DNA of 64,000 nucleotides from an uncultured Candidatus Peribacteria bacterium (GCA_964423795.1 CAYRGC010000005.1:316-64315), one strand, 5' to 3'; counted from the stretch's first letter, positions 22,311 to 30,811 are shown. Numbers and translations are program-made. The notes: generated by a model from the sequence alone, not told the origin.

Positions 22311-23705
22311 CTATGAGCGAACGCTGAGGTGTTCGCGGTTCACTAAAATTTGCTGTCCGATGCCGAAGAGCGTCGAGACGCCCCAGTAGAGCGCGACCGC
22401 GGCGGGAGACTGGAAGGCGAAGAAGCCAATCATAAGCGGAAGGACGTAGAGCATCATCTTCTGTTGCATGTCCTGGGCTGAGGGTTCGTCCTTGGCCTTG
22501 GCGCCGACGTCGATGATCGCGTCCTTCTTCTTGGTCTTCCGTTTCTGAATTGCGAACGTGAGCTTCATCTGGAGGAACTGGAGGACGACGAGCGTGATCG
22601 GGAAGATGAACACCTCCGGCTTCACGAGATCGAGACCGAGGAAATGCGTGTCGAAGTGCCACGAAAGATTCTGGTACGGACCGTAGAAGAGATGCTGCGA
22701 GAGCGTGAGCGCGGAGCCGTCGCGGATCGTGGTGTAGAGACCGATCAGAATCGGGAACTGGAGGAGCATCGGGAGGCAGCTGCTGAACGGATTGATCTTG
22801 TGCTCCTTCCAGAGCTTCATCGTCTCCTCCTGGACGCGCTTCTGATCGTTCGGATACTTCTTCTGGAGCTCCTGGAGCTTGGGCTGGAGCATCTGCATCT
22901 TCTTCTGCCCCTCGAGCGCGTGCTGTGTCGGGAGGAAGAGCAGAAGCTTGATCGCGATCGTGAGGAGGATGATCGCGAGACCGAGGTTATGACCGGGCGT
23001 GAAGGACGCGATGAGGACGAGCAGGTTCAAGAGGGGAGCCGCGATGAACGTGCGATAGAGCTTGGTGAAGGCGCCGGGTTCGCTGATGGTGAAGCGCGCC
23101 ACGGACGCGGACGAGACAGAAGCACCCGAGCCGGTCGCGGCTACCGCGCCGCTCCCGGCGCCGGGCAGGCGTGCCTCAAACGCACCGACGCGCTCGAAAA
23201 GGGAGTACTTCCAAGGAGCCAGGCTCACCTGCACGCTGTCGCCAGGTTGCAGCGCGGGAATGGACTCGCACGGAACGATCGTCTCGGACGATGTGACACG
23301 TACGAACTTTTCCCAAGACTCCGGCATGTTTGCAAGGAAAAGATCGACAGGGGGTTCAGGACAACGCGAGGGAAGCGAGAGCGTCTTCCCCGTCTCCGTC
23401 ACCGCGAGCGCACGGCATTCTTGTTCCGACTTGTCCGATCCGAACTTGCGACCGATGGCGCAGAGCTTGGACAGGACATAGCCCCACGCGCCCTTGGATT
23501 CGCTCATCTCGGGAATGTTCTGCAGGACAAGTATCGGGTGGTGCCCGATCGTGATGCTCTGCGAAGCGGCCCGCAGATGCAAGCCCGGCACCGGCTTCTC
23601 GGCGTTCTGCTGGTTCCCGAAGAAAAGCTGCGTCCCGAAGTAGACGGCCAGGAAGATCAGGAAGAACTGGAGGAGGTTACTCTGCTTTTTCTCGGCGGGT
23701 GCCAT
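22311..23705 (-). CDS. yidC: membrane protein insertase YidC
   Basis: 464 aa. GLAIILLTIAIKLLLFPL-type helix, QKKMQMLQPKLQELQKKY, INPFSSCLPMLLQFPILIGLY. Confidence 0.92.
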   Translation of the reverse strand: MAPAEKKQSNLLQFFLIFLAVYFGTQLFFGNQQNAEKPVPGLHLRAASQSITIGHHPILVLQNIPEMSESKGAWGYVLSKLCAIGRKFGSDKSEQECRALAVTETGKTLSLPSRCPEPPVDLFLANMPESWEKFVRVTSSETIVPCESIPALQPGDSVQVSLAPWKYSLFERVGAFEARLPGAGSGAVAATGSGASVSSASVARFTISEPGAFTKLYRTFIAAPLLNLLVLIASFTPGHNLGLAIILLTIAIKLLLFLPTQHALEGQKKMQMLQPKLQELQKKYPNDQKRVQEETMKLWKEHKINPFSSCLPMLLQFPILIGLYTTIRDGSALTLSQHLFYGPYQNLSWHFDTHFLGLDLVKPEVFIFPITLVVLQFLQMKLTFAIQKRKTKKKDAIIDVGAKAKDEPSAQDMQQKMMLYVLPLMIGFFAFQSPAAVALYWGVSTLFGIGQQILVNREHLSVRS

Positions 23706-24069
23706 GGGTCGGGGACGGAAGTCGGAAGAACGACCGGAGGTCGTCTTGCAGCTCGGGGAACGGAGCCCAAAGACTAGAAGACCTGGGGGCGAGTAACAAC
23801 TGGATGGCGGGGATTCGGGCGTCGGTCTCCCGGAGCAGGAGGCGGAGGGCCTCGCGGCAACGGCGGCGCATGCGGTTGCGCTTGACGGCAGATTTGTCGA
23901 GCTTGGCCGACGCCACGGTACCCACGTAGACGGCGTCCGAGCGATCCGCCCCCGCGCGGCGCGGATGGCCGGGAAGGGAACGGATGGTCATGTGCTTGCC
24001 CTTCCACACCCTCCCCTTGCGCTGGAGATGATCGCAGATTTTCCGGCCCTGCAAACGAAGTAGCAGCAT
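23677..24069 (-). CDS. rnpA: ribonuclease P protein component
   Basis: 130 aa, basic. It carries the RNR-motif context KSAVKRNRMRRRCREALR and overlaps the yidC start by 29 nt. No rpmH lies upstream. Confidence 0.8.
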   Translation of the reverse strand: MLLLRLQGRKICDHLQRKGRVWKGKHMTIRSLPGHPRRAGADRSDAVYVGTVASAKLDKSAVKRNRMRRRCREALRLLLRETDARIPAIQLLLAPRSSSLWAPFPELQDDLRSFFRLPSPTHGTRREKAE

Positions 24070-24098
24070 TGGGAGGATGATAGAGGTGTTGCGAGAAG

Positions 24099-24620
24099 GT
24101 TACGAGCGACGAGCGACGGGAGGTTCCGCCAAAGACAAGAACTGAATTTTTGGCATGCGATTAAGTAAAACTCTAATGTCACGGATGCATATTCACTGGA
24201 GCCGTTTTCCGAATCTGCATGTACTACTACGGTAATCACATGACCACTACTCACCAATTCGAAGATCTCGATGTCTGGAAAGAGGCGCGCATCCTCGTAC
24301 GGGCAATTCGCGCGATATGTAAACAGCCAAAAGTTGCGAAAGATTATGCTTTCGTTGATCAAATCACTCGTGCGGCGCGCTCGATTTCTTCCAATATCGC
24401 AGAAGGATCCGAATCATCGAGCAATGAACAATTCAGTCTCTTCCTCAATTATTCGAAACGATCCTGCGGAGAGGTGCGCTCGCATTTGTATGACGCCTTA
24501 GATGAGCAGTATCTGTCCCAGGAACAGTTTGAAAACATGAAAAACCAAACTATCGTGATTGGACGCAGGCTCGGCTCTTTCATCAAATATCTACACTCGC
24601 ATTCCCGTCGCCCGTCGCTC
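24099..24620. mobile_element. IVS-like insertion: family-B inverted heptamer arms enclosing a four-helix-bundle gene
   Basis: The left arm is gttacgagcgacgagcgacggga (24099-24122). The right arm is tcccgtcgcccgtcgctc (24603-24620), whose reverse complement gagcgacgggcgacggga matches the left arm at 17 of 18 positions. The interior is markedly AT-richer than its surroundings. Confidence 0.5.
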
Positions 24621-24644
24621 AAAACCCATCACCATCTTTCCTAA
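24240..24644 (+). CDS. four-helix-bundle protein (23S rRNA intervening-sequence protein / Avd-like family)
   Basis: MTTTHQFEDLDVWKEARILVRAIRAI..QITRAARSISSNIAEGS..FLNYSKRSCGEVRSHLY is the characteristic pattern of this family. The track start at 24219 adds 7 aa. The last ~14 codons are encoded by the right repeat arm. Confidence 0.8.
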   Translation: MTTTHQFEDLDVWKEARILVRAIRAICKQPKVAKDYAFVDQITRAARSISSNIAEGSESSSNEQFSLFLNYSKRSCGEVRSHLYDALDEQYLSQEQFENMKNQTIVIGRRLGSFIKYLHSHSRRPSLKTHHHLS

Positions 24645-24688
24645 TTTTATCGACTTTACGACCCTCTGCGATAGACTACGGTCCTTCC

Positions 24689-24985
24689 ATGGCTTCTCTC
24701 TCCCCAGACCTTGTCCGGCACATCGCGAAGCTCGCGCGACTCGATCTCTCCGAGGCCGAGGTGGAGAAGTTCAGCAAGGAACTCACCCAGATCCTCGGGT
24801 ACGTGGACATGCTCGGCGAAGTGGACACGAAGAACGTGGCCCCGACGGCGCAGGTGACCGGCCAGACGAACGTGCTGCGCCCCGACGAGGTGCGGCAGGG
24901 CGGCGCGAATCCCGACGACCTGCTCGCCCAAAGCCCGCTGCCGGTGGCGGACCACCAGATCGTCACGCCGTCCGCGCACGGTTGA
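24689..24985 (+). CDS. gatC: Asp/Glu-tRNA amidotransferase subunit C
   Basis: VRHIAKLARLDLSEAEVEKFSKELTQILGYVDML..VDT..V is a typical GatC. Confidence 0.9.
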   Translation: MASLSPDLVRHIAKLARLDLSEAEVEKFSKELTQILGYVDMLGEVDTKNVAPTAQVTGQTNVLRPDEVRQGGANPDDLLAQSPLPVADHQIVTPSAHG

Positions 24986-25008
24986 GCCCAGTTCGAAGCC
25001 GAAATCCC

Positions 25009-26469
25009 ATGACCTCACCCTCTTCCCTCACCATCGCCCAGGCGCACGACCTGCTCAGGAGCAAGAAGCTCTCCTCGGAAGAGCTGACGCGCTCCTGCGT
25101 CGAACGCATCGAAGCGGTGGACGGAACCCTGAAAGCCGTCGTGCACCGGAATTTCGAGCGAGCCCTGGAGGAAGCCAAAAAGGCGGACGCGAAAGGGGCT
25201 TTTGATTCCCCGCTTTCGGGTATCCCGTACCTGGCCAAGGACGTGTACTGCGAACAGGGCGTCCAGACGACGGCGTGCTCCAACGTGCTCCGGGAGAAGA
25301 ACTACGTCCCGCCGTTCGATTCCACCACCACGGCGCGCCTGAAGGCCGCCGGCGCGATCTCCATCGGCAAGACGAACACCGACGAGTTCACGATGGGCGC
25401 CTCCACCGAGACTTCCTGCTACGGCGTCACCAGGAACCCCTGGAACACCGATTGCGTGGCCGGAGGCTCCTCCGGAGGCTCCGCCGCCGCCGTGGCCGCG
25501 GACGAGGCGCTCTTCGCGCTGGGCACCGACACGGGCGGCTCCATCCGCCAGCCCGCGGGATACTGCAACATCACGGGCATCCGTCCCACGTACGGCCGCA
25601 CGAGCCGCTACGGCGTGATGAGCATGGCGAGCTCCCTTGATACGATCGGGCCGATGTGCAAAAGCATCGAGGATCTCGCGATCGTGCTCGGCGCCATTGC
25701 GGGCAAGGATCCGCGCGACGCCACGACGGGGGACGCGCCCGTCCCCGACTACCGCGCGCTCCTCAAGAAGGACGTGAAGGGCCTCAGGATCGGGCTCCCG
25801 AAGGAATACTTCCTCAAGGGGATGAACCAGGAAGTGGAAGGAGCCGTGCGCGGCGCCGCGGAGGTGCTGAAGAGCCTCGGCGCCACGCTCCACGAGATCT
25901 CGCTCCCGCACACCAAGTACGCGACTGCGACCTACTACGTGCTCTGCCCGTGCGAGGTGAGCTCGAACATGGCCCGCTACGACGGCATCCGCTACGGGCA
26001 TACGGCCAAGGACCCGGAGAATCTCATCCAGTATTACAAGGACGTCCGCAGCTCCGGCTTCGGCGCCGAGGTGAAGCGCCGCATCATGATCGGCACCTAC
26101 GCGCTTTCCGCCGGTTACTTCGACGCGTACTACCGCCAGGCCCAGAAGGTGCGCACGCTGATCCTCCGCGACTTCGAGGAGGCATACAAGACCGTGGATG
26201 TGATCCTCTCGCCCGTGTCGCCCACGCCCGCCTTCAAGGTGGGCGCGCACGAGAACGACCCGGTGGCGATGTACCTCGAGGACGTGTTTTTGGACGGCCA
26301 GGTGATGGCGGGCATCCCGTGCCTCTCGGTGCCGTGCGGGTTCAGCAAGGACGGGCTCCCGATCGGCCTGCAAATGATGGGACCCCAGTGGGAGGAAGGC
26401 CGCATTCTTTCGGCGGCCCACGCCTACGAGCAAGCGACGGATTGGCACGCGCGAAAGCCGAAGATCTGA
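25009..26469 (+). CDS. gatA: Asp/Glu-tRNA amidotransferase subunit A
   Basis: Amidase signature GGSSGGSAAAVA..GTDTGGSIRQPA. The ATG at 25009 (MTSPSSLTIAQAHDLL) is preferred; the track ORF 24559.. has an Arg-rich false N-terminus. Confidence 0.95.
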   Translation: MTSPSSLTIAQAHDLLRSKKLSSEELTRSCVERIEAVDGTLKAVVHRNFERALEEAKKADAKGAFDSPLSGIPYLAKDVYCEQGVQTTACSNVLREKNYVPPFDSTTTARLKAAGAISIGKTNTDEFTMGASTETSCYGVTRNPWNTDCVAGGSSGGSAAAVAADEALFALGTDTGGSIRQPAGYCNITGIRPTYGRTSRYGVMSMASSLDTIGPMCKSIEDLAIVLGAIAGKDPRDATTGDAPVPDYRALLKKDVKGLRIGLPKEYFLKGMNQEVEGAVRGAAEVLKSLGATLHEISLPHTKYATATYYVLCPCEVSSNMARYDGIRYGHTAKDPENLIQYYKDVRSSGFGAEVKRRIMIGTYALSAGYFDAYYRQAQKVRTLILRDFEEAYKTVDVILSPVSPTPAFKVGAHENDPVAMYLEDVFLDGQVMAGIPCLSVPCGFSKDGLPIGLQMMGPQWEEGRILSAAHAYEQATDWHARKPKI

Positions 26470-26523
26470 GAAGAATCTGCGGAGAAATTGACTACGGGAT
26501 TTTTTGCCGCATGCTCGGAAACC

Positions 26524-27351
26524 ATGGAACTCCACCCGCTGGTTCCCCACGGCATCGATCGCCCTCTTCATGACGATTGGCGATCGTACCTCGTGGAAGA
26601 AGTGCTCGTGGATCGTCAGAAGGAAGACCAGGCCCGGCGGCGCGAAGAAGGAGCGGATCTTTCGTACGAAGAACTCCGGGACGTCGCGAAACGCCGTGAA
26701 CAATTGTCGATCCTGGCATCGCGCATCCGTTCGACCATCGCGAAGATGCTGGAAAAAAAGATCGACGTGGAACCCGCTTCGCCGACATGGCAGGCGCCGA
26801 GCCTCGTGGAAGAGGCATTCGAAGACCAGAGGCACGATATGCTGTCCTTCCTGGGCGACCAACTGATGCTCGAAGAGGCGATCCAGCACGCCGTACCGGA
26901 CGGAATCGGCAGCGGTCTTCACCGACTCTGCATCCTTCCCGCCGGGACCGTGGACGAGATCGCCGCGCTCCTGCCGAACCACCCGCGCTTCCGCGTCTAC
27001 GTGGAGCGATACGTGCTGGAGTCCTACAGAAAACAGCTCCTGTCACGGATCTTCGGCGGCACGAACGGCGATGAATGGAAGCGCGCGACGGTCGTGTGGG
27101 CGAGCGTGGAGTACCGCATCCGGTACTGCGCCTCTTCGCGCGCGGAAGAGACGGGCCGAACTCCCGACGACCCGGACGTTCTCAAGGACATCGCGTACGA
27201 ACAGACGCGCATGGACGAATGGCTGTCGCAAGAACCGACGCTGAAGGCGGCATTCTGGGGGCTCGCCGCGAGGATCGCGCAACCGCTGGGCACGATCTTC
27301 ACGCCCATTCCTCCGCAATTGCTCGCAGCCGGAATACCCAGGCCCCGATGA
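26524..27351 (+). CDS. hypothetical protein (paralog of 27393..28292)
   Basis: Starts MELHPLVP. It shares the blocks SLVEEAFEDQRHDMLSFLGDQLMLEEA and FRVYVERYVLESYRKQ with the next gene. Confidence 0.55.
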   Translation: MELHPLVPHGIDRPLHDDWRSYLVEEVLVDRQKEDQARRREEGADLSYEELRDVAKRREQLSILASRIRSTIAKMLEKKIDVEPASPTWQAPSLVEEAFEDQRHDMLSFLGDQLMLEEAIQHAVPDGIGSGLHRLCILPAGTVDEIAALLPNHPRFRVYVERYVLESYRKQLLSRIFGGTNGDEWKRATVVWASVEYRIRYCASSRAEETGRTPDDPDVLKDIAYEQTRMDEWLSQEPTLKAAFWGLAARIAQPLGTIFTPIPPQLLAAGIPRPR

Positions 27352-27359
27352 TCGGTTGA

Positions 27360-27377
27360 CCCTCTCCTAGGAGAGGG
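27360..27377. repeat. short CT/GA hairpin (family-C-like)
   Basis: ccctctcc ta ggagaggg, followed by aatccatccc. Confidence 0.45.
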
Positions 27378-27392
27378 CAGAATCCATCCCTG

Positions 27393-28292
27393 ATGGAAAA
27401 ACACCCTTTCGAGCCCGGCGTCGACCAGGTATCGGCGACCAACAGGCAGCGCTGGCGGCGCGAACGCGAACTGCGGTGGGAGCTCGACGCTATTCGCCAC
27501 GATCCCGACCTGGAACAGCGCGAGCGCATCGAAGCCGCTCACGATTTCCGCAGTCGCATCCTGGCCCTCCAGAACGAAATCCTCATGGTGATCCGCCAGG
27601 AATTCGCCGCCGTGCAAAGCCTGGCGCCGAAGAACGCGACGGGCGCCTCTCCGCTGCCACTCGTGACCGTGCCCGATGAGGAATTGGTGCAAGACACGTT
27701 TTCACACCAGATGAAGCTCATGTACCGCTTCTGCGAGGACGAGGAACTGATGCTCGAGGCCGATCTCGCGCTCGCGCCGAGCTGGAGGCAGCGCCTGGCG
27801 GCCAGGCTGGGGGCGGGCCCGGCGTTGGGATTGGAAGACGCCGTGGCGCTCGCGGCGAAGGCCGCGCCGTTCGGCCACACGCGCGTCCGCCTGCTCGTGG
27901 AACTGGAATGGCTCGATCGGTACAAGCAAGCGATCACCGTGCCGGACGAGGAACTCCCCGCGAATCCCCGGCTCCACCTGGAATCCCTCCGCGAGAACCA
28001 CGTGCAGATGCAGTACATCGAGATCGGACAACGGGCCCGCATGAACTACTGCATCCGCGATCGCATGGATGAATGCGGATACCATCCGTTCAACCGCAAT
28101 GCCGTCGCAAGCGCCCTGAAAGACTTCCAGCAAGAACGGAAGGAAACCGCCCGCTGGCTCGCGACGCTGCGACAATCGCAGGCATCCCTCTTCTCGGCGG
28201 TCCGTTCCTGGTTCACGAAAACGAAAGAGGGAACGCCGGAACCGCTCGCGCTCATGCCCGTCCTTCAGCGCTGGTCTCCGCCGAGGGCGTGA
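27393..28292 (+). CDS. hypothetical protein (paralog of 26524..27351)
   Basis: Starts MEKHPFEP. Blocks ELVQDTFSHQMKLMYRFCEDEELMLEAD and VRLLVELEWLDRYKQA align with the upstream gene. Confidence 0.55.
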   Translation: MEKHPFEPGVDQVSATNRQRWRRERELRWELDAIRHDPDLEQRERIEAAHDFRSRILALQNEILMVIRQEFAAVQSLAPKNATGASPLPLVTVPDEELVQDTFSHQMKLMYRFCEDEELMLEADLALAPSWRQRLAARLGAGPALGLEDAVALAAKAAPFGHTRVRLLVELEWLDRYKQAITVPDEELPANPRLHLESLRENHVQMQYIEIGQRARMNYCIRDRMDECGYHPFNRNAVASALKDFQQERKETARWLATLRQSQASLFSAVRSWFTKTKEGTPEPLALMPVLQRWSPPRA

Positions 28293-28689
28293 TGGTCTCG
28301 CGCGCGTACTGCTGCCACAGGTGGGCGAGCAGGCCGCCCTGCGCGACGAGCTCCGCGAAGGCCCCTTCCTCCACGATCTTGCCGCCGTCGAGCACCACGA
28401 CGCGGTCGAAGAGGGGAAGCAGGTGCAGGCGGTGGATGGAGGAAACGACGGTCTGTCCCGTGTGATGGTCGCGGTACCAGCGCATGAGAAGCTCCGTGAC
28501 CATGCGGTACATGGCTTCCCGGAAGTTCTTCGTGATCTGGAACGACAGGATGCGCTCCAGGTTGTGGGCGGGCCCGTGCATCGCCCAGAAGACCACGCTG
28601 AGCGACGAATAGAGCGCCAGCCAGAGCGTGGCGCGGCGGAACATGCCGTCCCCGCCCTCCTGGAGGATATTGACCACCTTGCCGAGCAC
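28252..28689 (-). pseudogene. relic of an ABC exporter (MsbA-like) with the nucleotide-binding core deleted
   Basis: The ORF joins a transmembrane-domain-like part (..LWLALYSSLSVVFWA..FREAMYRMVTELLMRWYRDHHTGQ) directly to the extreme C-terminus of an ABC ATPase (TVVSSIHRLHLLPLFDRVVVLDGGKIVEEGAFAELVAQGGLLAHLWQQY). Walker A, the signature motif and Walker B are missing. The frame stays open upstream to 28848 without an ATG. Confidence 0.5.
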
Positions 28690-28826
28690 GTACAGCCCGT
28701 GACGCCTTTCCGCGTGGGTCCACGCCGTCTTGAGCAGGAGGCCTAGGAGTTCCTCTTCGGTGAAGCGGAAACGGTGGTCATCGGGGGCAGAGAGAAGACG
28801 GGCTTCGCGGTGAGTTCTTTCCGCCT

Positions 28827-29234
28827 TCAGCGATCGGCGTTCCGGGCCTCATGCGCGAAGAGCGAGTCCCCGTGTTCGTAGGGGAGTTCCACGGGAAGCC
28901 GCGGCTGGGACCCGTGCCCCATGCCGTCGTTCACAGTATTGATGACGTACGCGAGGATCGTGGGCGCGGGTACGCCGAGCGTGAGGTTCGGATGGGCCAA
29001 GTCGGCCGCTTGCTTGAGCCTGCTCGAGAGCGCGGCAAGGACGGCTGGATCCTCTTCCCCCATGGCCAGCAACCGCAGGGGACGGTCGCGGCATTCCGCG
29101 CCCGCATGCTCGAGGAACAGCTGCCTGAGACGCTCCTGTGTGAGGTCCGGACCGCGATGGGCGAACGCACGCTCGAAGAACCGGTCCATCGCGTCGACCG
29201 TGCCGCCGATCATATTTTCCGCTTCGGGATGCAC
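28827..29234 (-). CDS. hypothetical protein
   Basis: 135-aa ORF with a GTG start and protein-like composition. I recognise no family. Confidence 0.4.
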   Translation of the reverse strand: MHPEAENMIGGTVDAMDRFFERAFAHRGPDLTQERLRQLFLEHAGAECRDRPLRLLAMGEEDPAVLAALSSRLKQAADLAHPNLTLGVPAPTILAYVINTVNDGMGHGSQPRLPVELPYEHGDSLFAHEARNADR

Positions 29235-29391
29235 CGGCGGAGTATGCGAACGCGCGTCGCTCCGCCAATCGGATTCCGGGCGAATCCGGTGAAATTGCGC
29301 ATTGTCAGGGGCAAAACGACCTGATACCGTTTGCGGGCCCCGGAACGGGTGGTTTCGGGCGTCCGTTCACAGCACCGTCATCCACGCGCGT

Positions 29392-29468
29392 GGATCCGTA
29401 GCTCAGCTGGTTAGAGCGCCACACTGTCACTGTGGAGGTCGCGGGTTCGAGTCCCGTCGGGTCCGCCA
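29392..29468 (+). tRNA. tRNA-Asp (anticodon GTC), CCA encoded
   Basis: Manual cloverleaf: GGATCCG ta GCTC agctggtta GAGC g CCACA ctGTCac TGTGG aggtc GCGGG ttcgagt CCCGT CGGGTCC g cca. Confidence 0.95.
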
Positions 29469-29840
29469 TTTTCGTGTTGTAGGAATAATGCTTTCGCGAA
29501 GAAGCAAAGAGAAGCCGATGACGAGAAGCCCGTGGTGAGCAAGTCCGCCGAAGCGGACGAGCCGAACCAAGTCCCGTCGGGTCCGCCATCCTTCGTCTCC
29601 GCTCAGGATGACATCCTGGAGACAAGAGCAAAGAGACGAGAATCCTGTGGTGAGCGAGTGAGCGAAGCGAACGAGACGAAGGGAGTCCCGCTTGCCCGGC
29701 GAAGTCAGCCGACGCCGACGAAGCGGGGTCGGGTCCGCCAGCATAAATACGCGACATCAACCCTCTCCACAGTCTTCAACTTCCCCCGAGACTCCTCGTA
29801 GCGCCGCAGCGCGTAGTGGGGTCGGGTCCGCGATTTTTTC
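29469..29840. repeat. array of partial copies of the tRNA-Asp 3' end with family-A motifs
   Basis: agtcccgtcgggtccgcca (29450-29468, real) recurs exactly at 29570-29588. The shorter gtcgggtccgcca occurs at 29728-29740 and gtcgggtccgcg at 29821-29832. The family-A motif CCATCCTTCGTCTCCGCTCAGGATGAC lies at 29586-29612. The loop-expanded relative gtggtgagcgagtgagcgaagcgaacgagacgaaggg lies at 29647-29683. Confidence 0.8.
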
Positions 29841-29851
29841 TTCTGCCGGAC

Positions 29852-30811
29852 TCACTTCTTGTCCGTCAACGCCTGCAGGCAGGCGGCGCGCGTCGCGAGG
29901 ACATTCCTGCCGCAACCGGCATTCGCCATCGTTCCGTCGTCCTGCGTGTCGGCAAGAAACAGCTTCGTACGTAGTCCGTTCTGCCGGAGAAAATCCTCGC
30001 AGAAACGCATCCGTTCGACGGACGCGGGGCGCAGCGATTCTCCGCCGACCGAATGACCGGCGTTGAACGACGACAGCTTCACGCGGAACGCGGCCGCGCG
30101 ATCGCGCAGATGCCGCACGATGGACCGCATGTTCCCGTCCGAATCCGTCTGACCGTCGATCATCGGAACGTTCAACGTCACGGGGAAGCCCATGACACCG
30201 ATGCGCTCGAGAGCGGGGAACACCTCGTCGATCGGCGGGGCGGGACGGGGAATGAACGCGTCGTGAACGAGAGGGCCGTAATAGCTGTAATGGAGACGCA
30301 ACCGTCCCGGGGCGTAGCGCGCGGCCAGCTCCTCGAATGCCGGAAGGAAACGCTTGTGATTGACGCCGATCGTGGAGAGACCGAGGTGATCCATCGGGGG
30401 TTCTTCCCGATCGAGCAAGACGCGCGCCGCGGCCAGCGCCTGAAGGTTGCTTCCGGCGTCCCCGTCGGCAAAGCCGCCCGCGTCGATGACGCGGATGTTC
30501 GGCGCCGATCTGCGCAGTCGCACGTGTTCGTCGATCTGACGCACGATTTCCTCGGACGTGAATAGCGGTTTTTGCAGCGTGTCGGGAAGACCGCTGGGGC
30601 AGACCCGCTCGCAGCGACCGACGCAACCGTTGGACACCGAAAAACTGATCGATAACCGCTCGCCGTTGAGGAAACTGGCCGAGTCGGCGTGGCGACTCCC
30701 GCCGTCGGGCGCGTCCGAGAGGCGCACGAGGCATTTCATGATGCGTCGATCGGGCGCCCCTTCCACGATCAGGGTGTCGTCCGTCGCCGAGAGGATATCG
30801 AGCGACTTCAT
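29852..30811 (-). CDS. divergent RlmN/Cfr-like radical-SAM-fold protein
   Basis: Collinear with RlmN. SISFSVSNGCVGRCERVCPSG replaces CvSSQvGCxxxCxFCxTG (the spacing here is Cx3Cx3C). LGLSTIG matches itvSTsG. LRLHYSY matches LAiSLHa. KLSSFNAG matches NLIpfNp. ANAGCGRN matches AACGQL. The ATG at 30811 (MKSLDIL) is preferred over the TTG at 30829. Confidence 0.6.
   Translation of the reverse strand: MKSLDILSATDDTLIVEGAPDRRIMKCLVRLSDAPDGGSRHADSASFLNGERLSISFSVSNGCVGRCERVCPSGLPDTLQKPLFTSEEIVRQIDEHVRLRRSAPNIRVIDAGGFADGDAGSNLQALAAARVLLDREEPPMDHLGLSTIGVNHKRFLPAFEELAARYAPGRLRLHYSYYGPLVHDAFIPRPAPPIDEVFPALERIGVMGFPVTLNVPMIDGQTDSDGNMRSIVRHLRDRAAAFRVKLSSFNAGHSVGGESLRPASVERMRFCEDFLRQNGLRTKLFLADTQDDGTMANAGCGRNVLATRAACLQALTDKK

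Noticed and set aside
25015-26982. 655-aa minus-strand ORF
   Set aside because: It lies antisense to gatA and the following hypothetical gene. It has no motifs and is Arg/Gly/Ala-rich.
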